Shown here: piece after piece, positions 23,845-37,589 of the stretch
How the letters are laid out: every line of letters starts with the position of its first letter
How positions within the stretch are numbered: the stretch's first letter is position 1
DNA from: Priapulus caudatus
Lineage: Eukaryota
Reading direction: 5' to 3'
NCBI RefSeq assembly: GCF_000485595.1
Contig: NW_014577063.1
Span: 948,822-1,012,821, forward strand
Length of the DNA stretch: 64,000 nt
Position numbers and translations under genes: made by a program
The notes under the pieces: generated by a model
Seen by the model: only the letters and a program-made list of their open reading frames with translations
What the model was told of the DNA's origin: nothing
The model's database searches: none

Positions 23845-26579
23845 TATATTATATATTAAATGATATAATACATTCAAAACCAAACATTCTGCCATTTTTG
23901 GGTATGAAAATGATGATATAAACTATACGTTCACCAAATATTGGATTGTGTGCATTAGCTTAACATAAAAATTCATGTGATAGGAAAATCGGCGCGGACC
24001 AAACAGAAGATAATATTCTATCATTAATACGTATATATATTATGCATATATATATGTATAATATATATATACTATATTATATTATATATTATGATTCAAT
24101 GAATTTTATGTCAAGGTCGTGAGTGCCATTAAAATAATTTTGAAAGCTTTTTAATGTTTTATTATGTTTTCTGGCACGCGTAGTTTTTCTTGTCACTAAT
24201 TATTCATGACTCCAAAATAGCATTTTGGGTTTGGATTAAGCGTACTCTACGGCAATAGCATTAATTACCATCCTAACCAATACACTGATAACTACACTAA
24301 AACTTCAATAACGCACTTCTCTAAAAAATGGTTTGAGCTTTTTATACATTACAGGCTCTAAAAACAGAATTTAATAGGGCCCGTACTGTAGTGGGGCATC
24401 TGCCACTTCATCTTACCCGTGGTGCCTCACGCTTAAACCTAAAGCGGATAAAACAACATGAGTTAGCGATAGAAGCATAGATGTCTGGCAACAATTCTAG
24501 CCAATTCCAGGGAATTATCAACCACAACAATATACAGCAATAGGCACATTCTGCTGTCAATGTCATTCATGAAAAAATCGACCATAATGAGAGTCGTTCG
24601 AGAACAATGCGATTGATCGATAGTAGTAAACAGTTTTTATAATCCTTACTTCTTAGCTATAAAATAGCAAAAACTTCAATACCTTTTGATAATTTGAAAT
24701 AGCACACAGATGCGCGTTTTGTCCGCAATGTCCAGTCGCCTTATCACATCAGTTACGGCAATAAACTGAGCATTAAGCTTTAACATGTCAAATTCGATCG
24801 CGATAAGGAGTAATATTTTTACTTTGTACGGCCAACTCCGCATCCTCTCTCTGACAGACATATTATCCGAATTATTCATTTCACGCGAAACAACCATGTT
24901 TCGCAAATTGAAATTAGCGCAAATTTAGGATTATATGCACAGAGATTTCATCAACAGCACGCCTCCATGGATAATTAGGCACTGAATTCTTATGATTAAT
25001 CTTATGATTGATGTATTGCATGAATAACCGGCGCACACGATGTACCGGCGCACACGTGGTTATTTTACTCAAGTAAAATGAACGTCATGGAGTTCATTTT
25101 AGGCTCAGCGTGTGCAGGCGGATTTTCGTTGAGTAATTTGACGCTATCGCGTCATTTTTACTCACGTGTGCCGGGCGGAATTTTCGGTTGAGTTAACNNN
25201 NNNNNNNNNNNNNNNNNNNNNNGCCCACATGTCGGGAAAAAATTATAAGCCCCGGTGATATAGAAATCTCACCAAAAAGGCGCATTCAGTCTAATCTAAT
25301 CCAAGAGAAATTGTTAAACAGTCGTGTTTAAACTCATTGATCATGTCTATCGCATTGGTAAGCAACCACGCTATATGCCAAGACCTATAGCTACTTAATA
25401 ATATATATAATTTCGTCATCTATGCAGAGCTAGATCGGGCGTTTATACTTAGACTAGGGTAAATTACTTCGTACGGCCAACTCTGTTTCGTCCCCGCTGC
25501 GTCCGTATCTCTTCCGCAGAATAATATCCGATTATTCATTTCACGGCGAAAACCATGTTTCCAAATTGAAATTACGCAAATTTAGGATTTATATGGCAGA
25601 GATTTCATCAACACGGCACGCCTCCATGATATACATAGCACTGAATTCTATGATTATTATGATTGATGTTTCATGAATATACCGACGCGACACGTGACAC
25701 GGCGCACACGGTGATTATTTTACTCAAGTTAAAATGAACGCATGAGTCATTTTAGCTCATCGTGTGCGGGGATTTTCAGTTGAGTAATTTGACGCTATCG
25801 CGTCATTTTGACGTCCACGGTGTGCGCGGATTTTCGTTGGAGTAATTTGACTCATGCGTCATTTTACTTGGAGTAAAACTGAACTCACGTGTGCGCCGGG
25901 CTTACATACGTTTATTTCTATGTAGGTTCATATAGTTTCTTAAAACATACATACGTTCGCAAGAAACACAGACAGCCGAAAAGCGACAGGGATGACAATG
26001 GGATCTTTAAGAGATGTATACTCTTGCTAGAAAATTCATTCTCCGTAAATTTAGTCGCAAGATGATCATTGCCATATCGCAACTATATCGGTTTGATGCA
26101 TTTAGCATATCATTAACATCTATTCATTATTATTTACGCGCAATTTATTTTTCACGATCAACAAACTAACTATAGGTGATACCAATTTTCATCTTACTTA
26201 TCGAAGTTTTCTTCTACTGTGTTCGGTATGGCGTAGCCGTTGGTTTCCGAAAGCCACCTACGCTTCCGCTCTATGGATCGTCCCACGTGATACATGTAAA
26301 TGATACACAGAAGCATACATGAAGCATGACTATATAGTATAAGCAGATTGCGTATAACAGTCCATATACTGTGGTCATTAGAACAAGATAATAATTTAAT
26401 CAAATCAATCAAATCAATCAATCAATTAATCAATATCTCTATATATATATATCTCTCTCTTATCTCCTCTTCTATATATAAATGTTGTGTGTGTGCGTGC
26501 GTGCGTGCGTGCGCGCGCGTGTGTGTGTGTGCGTGCGTGCGTGTGTGTCTCTGTGTGTGTGTGTGTGTGTGTATGCGCG

Positions 26580-26610
<31 letters not shown>

Positions 26611-27294
26611 AGCTATTACATCTGTATTATGTCTGTGGATTAGTTACATCTGTGAAACTTACAAGAGCAAATGAACATGATGACGATGATGTGACGCATC
26701 TCGCTGTCAATCTGCAAAGTAGTTATTAATACAAATGTAAGCATGCCACTCATAATCACACATATACTGCGAGAATGCGTTACCTTCTTGATTCTTTCGC
26801 AGCATCGTTCTCCCCACCAGAACAATAACTATGACAACAGATAGAACATATTGTACGTCCGTAAAGGTTAACATAAAAACAGTAACTTACGTGTTCTACA
26901 CTATGTGTGTGGAGGTTGAAATGTTGTCCAACTCAGTGGCAATGAAACTACAGACGCTGTGGGTGGTCGTGCACGCGCTTATAAACGTCTCCGTTCACAA
27001 TTAGACTGGCCCGCATGCAATCTAATTGATATGTTTACCATCTCCGCGATGCCCCTACACGTATACGTGTATATTGCAGCATGCGTGTCGAATTTGACAA
27101 AAGAAATAGCAATATAAATGCAAGAAAATAATAGTTTATTTATGCATACAGACCACTATTGCCTATAAGGCTAGTTTATTCAACAAACGATCAGTATGCA
27201 TGGAGTTACAATGATAAAAAGGGTACATTGGAGTAATCAACTGATTAGAGTAATCAGTTGATTTTATGTGAAATTACATGTGACATGATATATG

Positions 27295-27347
<53 letters not shown>

Positions 27348-28490
27348 TATATATATATATTAAATGTATACATCAAAACCAAAATGCCATTTTGGGTATG
27401 AAAATGATGATATAATATACGTTCACAATATTGATGTGCATTACTTAACATAAAATTCATGGTGATGAAAATCCCGGACCAACAGATAATCACTATATTA
27501 TACGTATATAATTATGCATATATATATGTATATATATATATATATATATATGATCATGAATTTTATGTCAAGGTGTGATGCCATTAAATATTTTGAACTT
27601 TTTATGTTTTATTAGTTTTTGGCACCAGTTTTTTGTCATAATTTTCATACCCAAAATAGCATTTTGGTTTTGATTAAGTGTACTTACCATATTATACCAT
27701 CCTAAACCAATAACACTAAACTAATAAACTTCGATAAACACTTCTCTAAAAATGTTTGACTTTTATACTACACCTAAAACAGAATTTAAAGCCCGTACTT
27801 AGTGCATTGGCCACGTCATCTTCCGTGGGTGCCTCACGCTTACCTAAACGATAACACATGAGTTAGCGTAGAAGCATAGATGTCTGCAACATTCTAGCCA
27901 ATTCCAGGAATTACAACCAAACAAATACACAATAGGCACATCTGCTGTCATGTCATTCATGAAAAATCGACCATATAGAGTCGTTCGAGAACAATGCGAT
28001 TGATCGATAGTAGTAACGTTTTATATCCTCTTTTGCTAAGCAAAAACTCAATACTTTTGATAATTTTGAAATAGCAACAGATGGCGTTTTGTCCGCAATG
28101 TCAGCGTTATCACATGCACGGCAAAACTGCAAAGTTTACTGTCATTGCACGCGGATAGGGTAAATTACTTGTACGGCCAACTCCGTATCTCTCCGCAGAA
28201 TAATATCCGATTATTCATTTCACGCGAAAACCATTTTCCATTGAAATTACGCAAATAGGATTATATGCAGAGATTTCACAACAGCACGCTCATGATATTA
28301 GCACTGAATTTTATGATTATTATGATTGATGTTTCATGAATTAACCGGCGCACACGTGACCGGCGCACACGTGAGTTATTTTACTCAAGTAAAATGACGC
28401 ATGAGTCATTTTACTCACGTGTGCGGCGGATTTTCGTTGAGTAATTTGACGCATGCGTCATTTTACTCACGTGTGCGGCGGATTTTCGTT
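23845..28490. other. Indel-rich duplicated segments next to gaps (likely assembly artefact)
   Basis: 23845-25197 matches 27340-28490, with a partial third copy at 25225-25910; differences are mostly 1-bp indels. Confidence 0.75.
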
Positions 28491-29131
28491 NNNNNNNNNN
28501 NNNNNNNNNNNNNNNNNNNNNNNNNNNNNNNNNNNNNNNNNNNNNNNNNNNNNNNNNNNNNNNNNNNNNNNNNNNNNNNNNNNNNNNNNNNNNNNNNNNN
28601 NNNNNNNNNNNNNNNNNNNNNNNNNNNNNNNNNNNNNNNNNNNNNNNNNNNNNNNNNNNNNNNNNNNNNNNNNNNNNNNNNNNNNNNNNNNNNNNNNNNN
28701 NNNNNNNNNNNNNNNNNNNNNNNNNNNNNNNNNNNNNNNNNNNNNNNNNNNNNNNNNNNNNNNNNNNNNNNNNNNNNNNNNNNNNNNNNNNNNNNNNNNN
28801 NNNNNNNNNNNNNNNNNNNNNNNNNNNNNNNNNNNNNNNNNNNNNNNNNNNNNNNNNNNNNNNNNNNNNNNNNNNNNNNNNNNNNNNNNNNNNNNNNNNN
28901 NNNNNNNNNNNNNNNNNNNNNNNNNNNNNNNNNNNNNNNNNNNNNNNNNNNNNNNNNNNNNNNNNNNNNNNNNNNNNNNNNNNNNNNNNNNNNNNNNNNN
29001 NNNNNNNNNNNNNNNNNNNNNNNNNNNNNNNNNNNNNNNNNNNNNNNNNNNNNNNNNNNNNNNNNNNNNNNNNNNNNNNNNNNNNNNNNNNNNNNNNNNN
29101 NNNNNNNNNNNNNNNNNNNNNNNNNNNNNNN
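28491..29131. other. Assembly gap
   Basis: N run; other gaps at 5532-5540, 25198-25222, 32896-32959 and 38840-38864. Confidence 1.
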
Positions 29132-30019
29132 TGCAGAAACAATTATACTATGCTTACGATACCGATGCAGGCAGGTGATTTATAACCTATTTATTAATGA
29201 AATGATAGAATGGCTTGACCAAGTTGACCCATATACAAACACACACACACACACAGACACACACATATATATACGTGTCATATAGGCAAATGAGGTTAGT
29301 GTAATATTGCAAAACCCACGCATTTATCAAACTCACATATTAATTATATGCAGGCAATAACGCTAGGGGAATTGTAATATAACTGCTTTCAATGAATATA
29401 TAGAGATGGTGAGAGTGCAGCATTAGTACGTTTTTCGCAGCCGGCGCCGTCACGTTTTTCGCAGCTAGCGACGTCACTTTTTTCGTTGTCGTCGTCGTCA
29501 TTTTTAGTCGACGTCGTCATCATTACTCGCCCTGACAAGGCTAAAACACAGCGCCGCGAGCGAGCGAAAACACGGCGGCGGCGGCGAGAGAGCAGAATCG
29601 GCGCGGTCGCCTTTTTCGCAGACAAGTTGTGCGCATTGCAAATCCTTTCACTTTAATTGTGAATTGTGATTAAAATTGTTTACTTTGGTCGCAGCATCCC
29701 GCAGCAATTTACCCTATGCTAATATACATGAACTGACGCTCGCGTCGCTCGTCGCCGTTGCAAGCCAAGATAAATACCTTCGACCTATCTTGGGCATTCA
29801 ATCGATGTCACGTGCATGTGCATTGTAAAATCCCATCTACAAGATTCACTTTGCTCGCAGCATATCGCGCTCCGGATTCCGCGTATGCTAATTGTACATG
29901 AAAATGGCGCTCGCGCGTTGGTCACCCACCGTTCACTGCCAAGATAATTTTCTTCGGCCGTTCTCACACGTTCAACGGCCCGGAAACCGGACCCTATCAT
30001 AATAATATCTAATATATTA

Positions 30020-30835
30020 TTTATTAAATAAATCTATGCTGAGATACTGAGATGACTGAAGAAAACTGCATAATATAGCTTGCTGAGAGAGAGAGAAGGG
30101 TGGGGGACTGAGAAAAGGCGGTAGGGATGATAGCTGAGCGGCCGTAACAGAAGCAGGAGGTTGAGCGAGCGACAAGGGGTACAAAAAGAAGGACGGGAGG
30201 GGGTGAAGTAGGTGTTTTGCACGCTACAGGCTATAGGGCGCGCTCCTAATTATAAATACAGGTCTATACTAATAATTATTTATTACATAAATCTATGCTG
30301 AAAGACCCCCTGACCATAAATAAATAGTCATCACAAAATATATCTCCTCTTGTGAGATATTGCGCATGCGCTAACACACAAACGTAGCCAGAGTGTGATC
30401 TGGTGATGACTGGTATATGCAGCGCGGACCTTACATGCCATAACATACCATAAGTCATAAGATCTTCTTCCTATTTCTTAAGTAAGGTCTATTGATGGAA
30501 TGTTATTATATAAATCTATGCTAGGATAACTCCTCTTTATTTCAAATGCATAATTATTGCATATTAGTGCATCACGTGATAAATCGTTGAAATTCCATTG
30601 GATAACGTCGCAGGTACTATGAAACAATAGTGCCCGCCTGAGTGGGCACTATTGCTTGCGCGACGCATTGTTATTATAACGCATTGTGTTTAATACAAAT
30701 TGAAATTGTTCGTTTAAGAAACTTTGTCTTATTCACTTCATATTTGCCGAATAGATGAAATAATTGCCGAAAGTCATGTGATGCACTAAAACCATTAATT
30801 TTCTCGGGAGATATTGCGCATGCGCAAACACCGTT
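30020..30835 (+). repeat. Dispersed, interrupted copy of the 540-bp satellite unit
   Basis: Shares aaactgcataatatagcttgctgag, ataaatctatgct and ttgcgcatgcg blocks in the same order. Confidence 0.85.
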
Positions 30836-31161
30836 ATTAAATCACCGAGTTGCACTCTCTCCCTCTTTCTCTTACTCCCCCTCTCTCGTTTTCTCGCGCG
30901 CTCTCTTTCTTTCTCGCTCGTTCTCCATGAGCAATTTCAACAAATTAAAATAAATGTGTAATGTCGTACGCGCTTAATACCTGCGGCATTATGCCGCTAC
31001 GTGGCGCCAGATTCGAAATGAATAATAACTGTAAGGTGCATCGTTCACTACCCAGTATACCCATGGAACAAAATGAACACATATGTGATATTCATAGCAA
31101 CAAAGATATGACCTTCTTAAAATGGCCAACGTATTAGATTCAAATTGATTAGACATAAAGT

Positions 31162-31233
31162 CAAGCGCTAATAATAGCTGCTATAATACCTCTAATAATA
31201 CCTACTAATAATAAGAGGTATTATTAGCTATTG
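31162..31233. mobile_element. TIR-only footprint of the 16272 family with filler
   Basis: caagcgctaataata...gaggtattattagctattg; flanks ataaagt/atgaagt. Confidence 0.65.
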
Positions 31234-31534
31234 ATGAAGTTGCTTAGAAATTTATGTTGATATGGGTAATATAAGAGATCTTTATTGTTCAGTTGTCACG
31301 CAGTCTCCTACGTCACGTTACGATGGCAAGACCTTAGATGCGGTGCTTGTATTCATGGCGTAGTACCACTTAGTAATACCTCGTATAAGTACACATATTA
31401 GTATTACAGCTTCCTTGGCTCTGCTATCCCTCTAAGGAGAGAGAAGAGTTTACCCTTCTATGCTACGCCTTATACACACATCTCTAGCAGTGCCTTATAA
31501 ATAGATTATTTATGACAAATATGGACGCCTGTAG

Positions 31535-31723
31535 CTAGTAAAAATAGTGCCACTGTGCAATCGCCTTTCTTGGTGCTCGTGCCATGGCTATCCAGTGGGC
31601 TCGACCCATGCCCGGACACTGAAATCCTATCCTTGCTTTTGCTATTATCGTATTTCTTGAACTGCGTTCTATCTCCATGTCGTCGCTGGCATTGGACTTG
31701 ACGAGCGATATTAAGAAATAAAC
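31535..31723 (-). CDS. Synaptotagmin-like exon 8 (terminal)
   Basis: ttccag| acceptor, phase 0; ends GRAHWIAMARAPRKAIAQWHYFY*, the synaptotagmin HW..M...PR..IAQWH terminus; spliced CDS 1305 nt, 434 aa. Confidence 0.92.
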   Translation of the reverse strand, partial: VYFLISLVKSNASDDMEIERSSRNTIIAKARIGFQCPGMGRAHWIAMARAPRKAIAQWHYFY

Positions 31724-32044
31724 CTGGAAAGATAATCGTGGATATAATTTGTTTTAACGGGTGATTAATGACTTCCTTTCTCGTGCAAATACTAGGTTCG
31801 AATTAATGTCGTTTCTATTCAGCGCGTTAAATTAGATACAGACGTAAGACTAATACAATAAGGGATATGTATCCGGCATACTAGGTTATAATTAATATCG
31901 TTTCTATTCAGCGCGTTAAATTAGAAACGAACGTAAGACAAATACGATTATTGCTATTATTACTATGAAGCTGCAATGGTGCGGAATAAGCCGTATAGTA
32001 TCTACATTATATAGGTGTGACAGGCGTAGCGATTTAATGATCAC

Positions 32045-32181
32045 CTTCTCTAGAATTTCAGTAGAAACCTTAAAGTCCATAGCTTCATTAACGACCACTT
32101 CTGATCCAAACAGCACCGAACTGCTTTTCTTCTTTCGTAGCGTGCGCGAGTTGTAAACAAGACCAACCTTAGCGTAAATGC
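32045..32181 (-). CDS. Synaptotagmin-like exon 7 (C2B polybasic strand)
   Basis: ctccag| acceptor, aag|gtgatc donor, phase 1-0; IYAKVGLVYNSRTLRKKKSS...VNEAMDFKV. Confidence 0.9.
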
Positions 32182-32385
32182 CTGGAGAAGACGAAACAGA
32201 AAACGAATAGAACTATTATAAATCGATAACTATATCATTAACTCCCTCATACCGTTATACGCGTATATTCATGATGAGATAGCACAGAACTATACAACAG
32301 CATCGATTACATAACGAAATGTTTTTTTTTATTGTGATTAGAGGAGGGTATTCGCATACATGTATGCATATATATATATATATAT

Positions 32386-32894
32386 CAGGAGTAGATAATA
32401 GGGAAGGAGTGGGACATCAATAAACAAGGGAAATTCGTCATTTAATAGCCTTAAAATACCTACGATTTACTACGCGTAACGCAACCAACTTGAGCTCAAA
32501 TCGTACACAGTAAATCCGCCTAGCATCGTGCGAAATCGTTTCCTCTTATACACCCGCAATCCGGAGATACAGACTAAAACGTACGACACGATTTTCCATT
32601 CTGTTGGCAGCCAAATCGATGCGTTGAGAGAGTCATTTGAAACAAAAGGCAGCTACTAACGCTCGGCGATGCGGTGTGACTCGCTGGGAGATTGGACATC
32701 GACGCAACACTCGGCGAGATAACCTTTGACCCGGCAAACCGGCATACAGCTGGTTGTTGGTATGCTCCCCATGCACGCACGCCCACCGCAATCAGCAGCA
32801 ATCTTCCAGCGAGCCGCATCCCGACTTTCCCAACGCATCGATTTGGCTGCCAACAGAATGGAAAATCGTGCTGTACGTTTTAGTCTGTATCTCC
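32386..32894. mobile_element. MITE running into an assembly gap
   Basis: Begins caggagtagataataggg (same TIR as 15531 and 40889); internal ~75-bp inverted arms at about 32563-32626 and 32831-32894. Confidence 0.6.
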
Positions 32895-32959
32895 ANNNNN
32901 NNNNNNNNNNNNNNNNNNNNNNNNNNNNNNNNNNNNNNNNNNNNNNNNNNNNNNNNNNN

Positions 32960-33012
<53 letters not shown>

Positions 33013-33021
33013 ATATATTCT

Positions 33022-33133
33022 TAGGAGTGTCATAATATAGACACTCTTAATATATAATATATGATATATAACATACTATAATATAATATTCTAACATGTA
33101 ATTATTGTAGATGTCTATATTATGACACTACTT
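33022..33133. mobile_element. TIR-only footprint with AT filler
   Basis: taggagtgtcataatatagaca...tgtctatattatgacactactt; flanks atattct/atattat. Confidence 0.6.
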
Positions 33134-33147
33134 ATATTATTGTCTAC

Positions 33148-33253
33148 CTTTAACTCCGGGAAAGGATTTTTTGAATCTGAACTTCAATAAGGTTACGGTC
33201 ACTCGCTCAGCAGTGGGAAGTAGGCTCAGGACCACGAGTGCATCGCAAACTTC
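33148..33253 (-). CDS. Synaptotagmin-like exon 6 (start of C2B)
   Basis: tgttag| acceptor, g|gtagac donor, phase 0-1; LVVLSLLPTAERVTVTLLK. Confidence 0.88.
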
Positions 33254-33455
33254 CTAACATGAGGAGTAAACCAATATTTAAAATCAATATGTAATCAATA
33301 TGTGATTATGTGTGTACATGTACAATATATGTACAATATATGTGTATATATTATACTGTATATATATATATATATTATCAATTAATATTTCTATTATTTC
33401 CTCATCGTTTTTATCAGTATCAATTTTTAAAGACATAGGTAAATTGCGATCGTAC

Positions 33456-33582
33456 CTCTTTGTATGAAGAAAATTGCATAGACATCGCCTGACAATGGAT
33501 GAAGTCCAAGTCTTTTAGTTTGACAACTAACTGGCCGACAGTATCCGGTTTAGAATACTTGTCGTAGTCACACAGTACAAAC
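33456..33582 (-). CDS. Synaptotagmin-like exon 5 (end of C2A)
   Basis: tactag| acceptor, gag|gtacga donor, phase 2-0; FVLCDYDKYSKPDTVGQLVVKL. Confidence 0.92.
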
Positions 33583-33846
33583 CTAGTACCAAGAAAGAAA
33601 TGTGTTTTTTGAACCAACTGACGTTACAAAACCCAGTACACATTAAAAGGTTTCGAGGTATAGTTAGCGTGCAATCGTCGGTTTGTATTGTAATACAACT
33701 GCATAACAGGATGACAAAATTATTTGATAAAAAAAAAATATATATATTAAATATATATTTAAATATATAATATAGAGAAAATATATATTGAAAACATTTT
33801 TTTAAATATATAGATTTTTAGTTATATTTACTAGTATACATGTGAG

Positions 33847-33883
33847 CAAGAGTAAATAATAACAAAAAAACTATTTACTCCTG
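33847..33883. mobile_element. 37-bp degenerate TIR-only footprint
   Basis: caagagtaaata...tatttactcctg; flanks atgtgag/ctgtaag. Confidence 0.5.
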
Positions 33884-33952
33884 CTGTAAGTATAATTTTC
33901 AGCCCAGCGCACGGAGTCTTAGGCAGACGTTATTATGCAAGTATCATCGTAC

Positions 33953-34224
33953 CTCACTTGAAAGTTCTTGACTGCTTCCTGCTCTAGATCTATCACAAAA
34001 CGTTCGTTGAATATCGGGTCGGTTGTCTTGCGATGTATCTGCGTCTGAAACTCGTAGTCATGCCTGAGCTGTTTGCGGGAAAGCGGACCCGATATCGAGT
34101 CGGAAAACGATCCGAAGAGCGACTTCCGTTCGACGTAGATCGTGAGGAACGGGTCACAGGTTCCGGTATGAGGTCGCACGGGTAGGTCACGAATTTCATG
34201 GACCGTAATTGTCAGCTTGTCGAC
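33953..34224 (-). CDS. Synaptotagmin-like exon 4 (C2A)
   Basis: ttacag| acceptor, ag|gtacga donor, phase 0-2; LTITVHEIRDLP...CDPFLTIY...FQTQIHRKTTDPIFNERF. Confidence 0.92.
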
Positions 34225-34539
34225 CTGTAAACATCAATTCGGCTGTTGCTAAGCGGAGAAAGAGAGAAAAAGAGCGAGAGAGAGAGAGTGAGTGAAAGAG
34301 CGAGAGAGAGAGAGAGAGAGGAAGAGAGAGAGAGAGAGAGAGACGAGAGAGAGAGAGAGAAGAGAGAGCTGAGCGAATGTGAAACTGAGTTTAATCACAC
34401 CATTGATTCTCAGTTTTTATTTCTTAGCCTTGCGATGTTTTCTAGTACGGCAATATTTCGAAACTCCATCGTAGCAGGGAAAATGATGGCCCGAGCACAC
34501 CCGGACTATTACCTTATAAACGCCTATATACTCTAATCT

Positions 34540-35373
34540 AGGGTCCTATTACAGAGAGTTGCGCAACTCAGGATTTGCTCCATGTTGTTTCCAAATGGAT
34601 CACACCCTTGCCGGCTTAGTACAGCGCTGTATGATACGCATGTCAATGCGTCCGTAGTAATCTAATTAGACTACTCGTGATTCAATAAACATCAAAATTT
34701 ACAGAGATTAATAAGCTAGACAGTGTCTAGTGTATCTGATTCAGAAATGTACTCATCGTTTCGCGCCAATATGATAGTTTAATTGGTACACTTTCTTACA
34801 CGACCTAGCCGTGGGCGTATATTAACCTGTGCGATTACGCGCGTAGATTACCTTGCTACATTATTAAACCACTCGGCTTCACTAAAAACCCAGAGAATCA
34901 CGAGAAATATATAGCATAGAGCACATGTGTTTATATGGTTCTAAATTTCTAGAAAAGTAACTCAATCGTTCGCGCCATATTGATAGCTTAATTGTACACT
35001 CTTCTTAGTGTAAACCAACTGACGGGCAGCTAGCATTTTGGAAGAATAATGCACAACTGTAAATTCACAAAGATAATGCGTCACTCTCACTCGCTCGCAG
35101 CTGGTTAATGTGTTTTGCAGTTCTAGAAATCTAGTACACATAGACACATGGTCTTAGGCTATAATCTCTGCTAAAATTTTTGAGATTTATTGAAGCACGA
35201 TGAGTTAATTAATTTACTACGGTAGTCTGTACGCATATCCATACAGCGACTGTACTTGGCTGTAACCGGTCAGTGGTGTCGATCAATTTGAAACAACATG
35301 CCGCGCAGCGATCACGCTGACCGATTTTTCCGACTTAGTCATGGGCGCAACTCTTGTATACAGGGGACGCCTA
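34540..35373. mobile_element. MITE with ~210-bp inverted arms (noisy)
   Basis: gggtcctattacagagagttgcgc... matches the reverse complement of ...gcgcaactcttgtatacaggggacgcc; indel-rich. Confidence 0.6.
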
Positions 35374-35715
35374 CTCCTAATCTACAGCAGCGACAACAGT
35401 AAAGAAATTTACCAAAAAGTTCATTCGTTGTTTTCGTCATATTAACGAATAACGGTAAGCTCTATCGAGTTCAATTCAGTGAATATCGTAAAGCATGCTT
35501 ACCGATCGATCAACACAACTCCAAGGGCTCACCAGACACACAGCGCGCGCGCAGGGGCGCGACGCAGCACGGTGGCACCGCACGCACGCCGCATCGTCTA
35601 CGCACGCACGCACGAACGAACGCACGCTCACCACACACGCCATTAATAATATATTATATATAATATATATATATATAAGATATATTATAGTAGATATAGA
35701 TAGATAGATATATAC

Positions 35716-35841
35716 CTCATTGATGTCGTAGCAGATCGCAAAGAAAAGCGTTCCAAAGAGAACCTGCTCTTCTGAGAGCAATGGAATCGGTGTGACATTT
35801 TCTAATTCCTTAGCCACCTGCGCGCTGACTCGCTGCAGAAT
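35716..35841 (-). CDS. Synaptotagmin-like exon 3 (start of C2A)
   Basis: ttatag| acceptor, gag|gtatat donor, phase 0-0; FGTLFFAICYD matches the C2 G-x-L-x-F-x-L-x-Y strand. Confidence 0.85.
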
Positions 35842-36083
35842 CTATAAAAAACAGGTAGTTAACACCCTGAAAAAACCCACCGACCTTTGTCACGTCGTCA
35901 AAGAGGTTTTATGGCGGCTGTAACCTTTCTTCCGCCCTCGCGTTTAATAGAGCCAACGCGCTATTGCAATGTAAACTCTCGTGGTTTAATAATCCTAGTC
36001 ATCAGAATATAGGCAATACTAATGCTGAGTCATGCCTAATGTCACCAAATTACTACTATTCGAACGTTATGTGTAACTCTACT

Positions 36084-36122
<39 letters not shown>

Positions 36123-36346
36123 TGTAACATATATGTGAATCGAGGCCGTATATCTCCGTTACAGGTAGTTTATTACTCTATGAATATGGCAGACAATTAA
36201 CTCTCTCTAAACGATAGAAACATTATACGGCTTATAGTTGACAAGAAATGCTGATGTCCACTCTTTTAACAACGTTGTATAGAGCGCCACTATACGAAAA
36301 GGTTAATCAGAATATGGATAAAAAATAATGGATAAAAAACACGTAC

Positions 36347-36564
36347 TGGCGATGATCCGCTCGTGGCGCTACTGTCGATAGATGTGAGACTGTCCCCACT
36401 ACCGTATCCTGACAGCGTCTTTACGGCTTGATTGAAACCGTGGGTCAGACTACGAGTTGGGCTCGGACTGAGTCTTTGCCACTGCGTGGGTGCGATGCTG
36501 TTCATTTCACAGATGCCATTGAACTTGTCGCAATCAGAGGTTCCTTCCCCGTTGCTGTCGTTAC
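36347..36564 (-). CDS. Synaptotagmin-like exon 2 (linker)
   Basis: tagcag| acceptor, |gtacgt donor, phase 1-0, open Ser-rich frame. Confidence 0.8.
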
Positions 36565-37256
36565 CTGCTATTACATTTAAAACGGCTAGTATTCCGAGTA
36601 GAGAAGAGGGAAATTAGTTTCATTTATAAGCAGGAAAATGTATGAACGCATTAATGGGGCGGGAAGGGGAAGGGACATATCTCATTTCTGTTTTATTTTA
36701 TAATGAATGCAGCATTAATTCGCACAGATATAGTTTCGAATTGCATTCTTCAAAAATATAAAATGCTTTGACAATTTCGCTGACTACGATCACTGCCAAA
36801 ACGCGTTACGCGTAAAACACCAGGTGCGCGTTGCCACAGCAACACACGCGCGGGAGTGGCAGCCTCTAGGGGGTGGGGAAGTAAGAAACTTGTCGGGCAA
36901 CAATCTATGAAACAAATTCCGTCTCAGCTGTAGCGCTGCGCTAGTATGCAGTAACTTATGACAGTTTTCAGCAGACGAAACGCTTACCTATCTGTGCATA
37001 TGACATAGTCAACCTACAATATATTACCAGTTAATGGTATTTACTTCAAGCAATTATTTCTCAATATAAACGTAAAAAAGATGCTAGCTTAAAAAAGCTT
37101 GCATCTTCAAATTTGGACAAAAATCGGATCCCTTAGTTATAAATAGCCTTTGGTGCCTCCTTCATGGCAATGTGAATGATGTGAACCCCATCCTTAATCT
37201 CTGTCGTGACACCCCTGTATATTCGTTGTCACAATTCTAAGATAATGTTATGTGTG

Positions 37257-37304
<48 letters not shown>

Positions 37305-37342
37305 TGTGTGTATGTATGTGTGTGTGGATGGGCGTGACTCAC

Positions 37343-37472
37343 GTGGGAAGAGGCTGCAGCTCGGGCATTGCTCGTGCAGCTTGCACATCATGCAGATGAG
37401 GAAGCTGAGGATGATGGCGGCCGCGATGGCCATGATAGTCAGCTTATCGGCATCCGTGAGCGTGATCATCAT
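37343..37472 (-). CDS. Synaptotagmin-like gene exon 1 (N-terminal TM anchor)
   Basis: MMITLTDADKLTIMAIAAAIILSFLICMMCKLHEQCPSCSLFP; donor c|gtgagt, phase 1. Confidence 0.8.
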
Positions 37473-37589
37473 CGCTGCGGCAAGAATTTACCGTGCGGAT
37501 CCCTGCCATCGGTTGCACAAGCGCTGTTCATTGAAACCCCGTGCGTCTTCAGAGCAGAGTCGCTGACTGTATGTAATGCAAGGCTCGCC

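Noticed and set aside
28401..29285. ORFs of 240-290 aa
   Set aside because: Span an N gap.
37125..37213. Extra synaptotagmin exon
   Set aside because: The phase-1 frame hits a stop, and exon 1 joins exon 2 cleanly without it.
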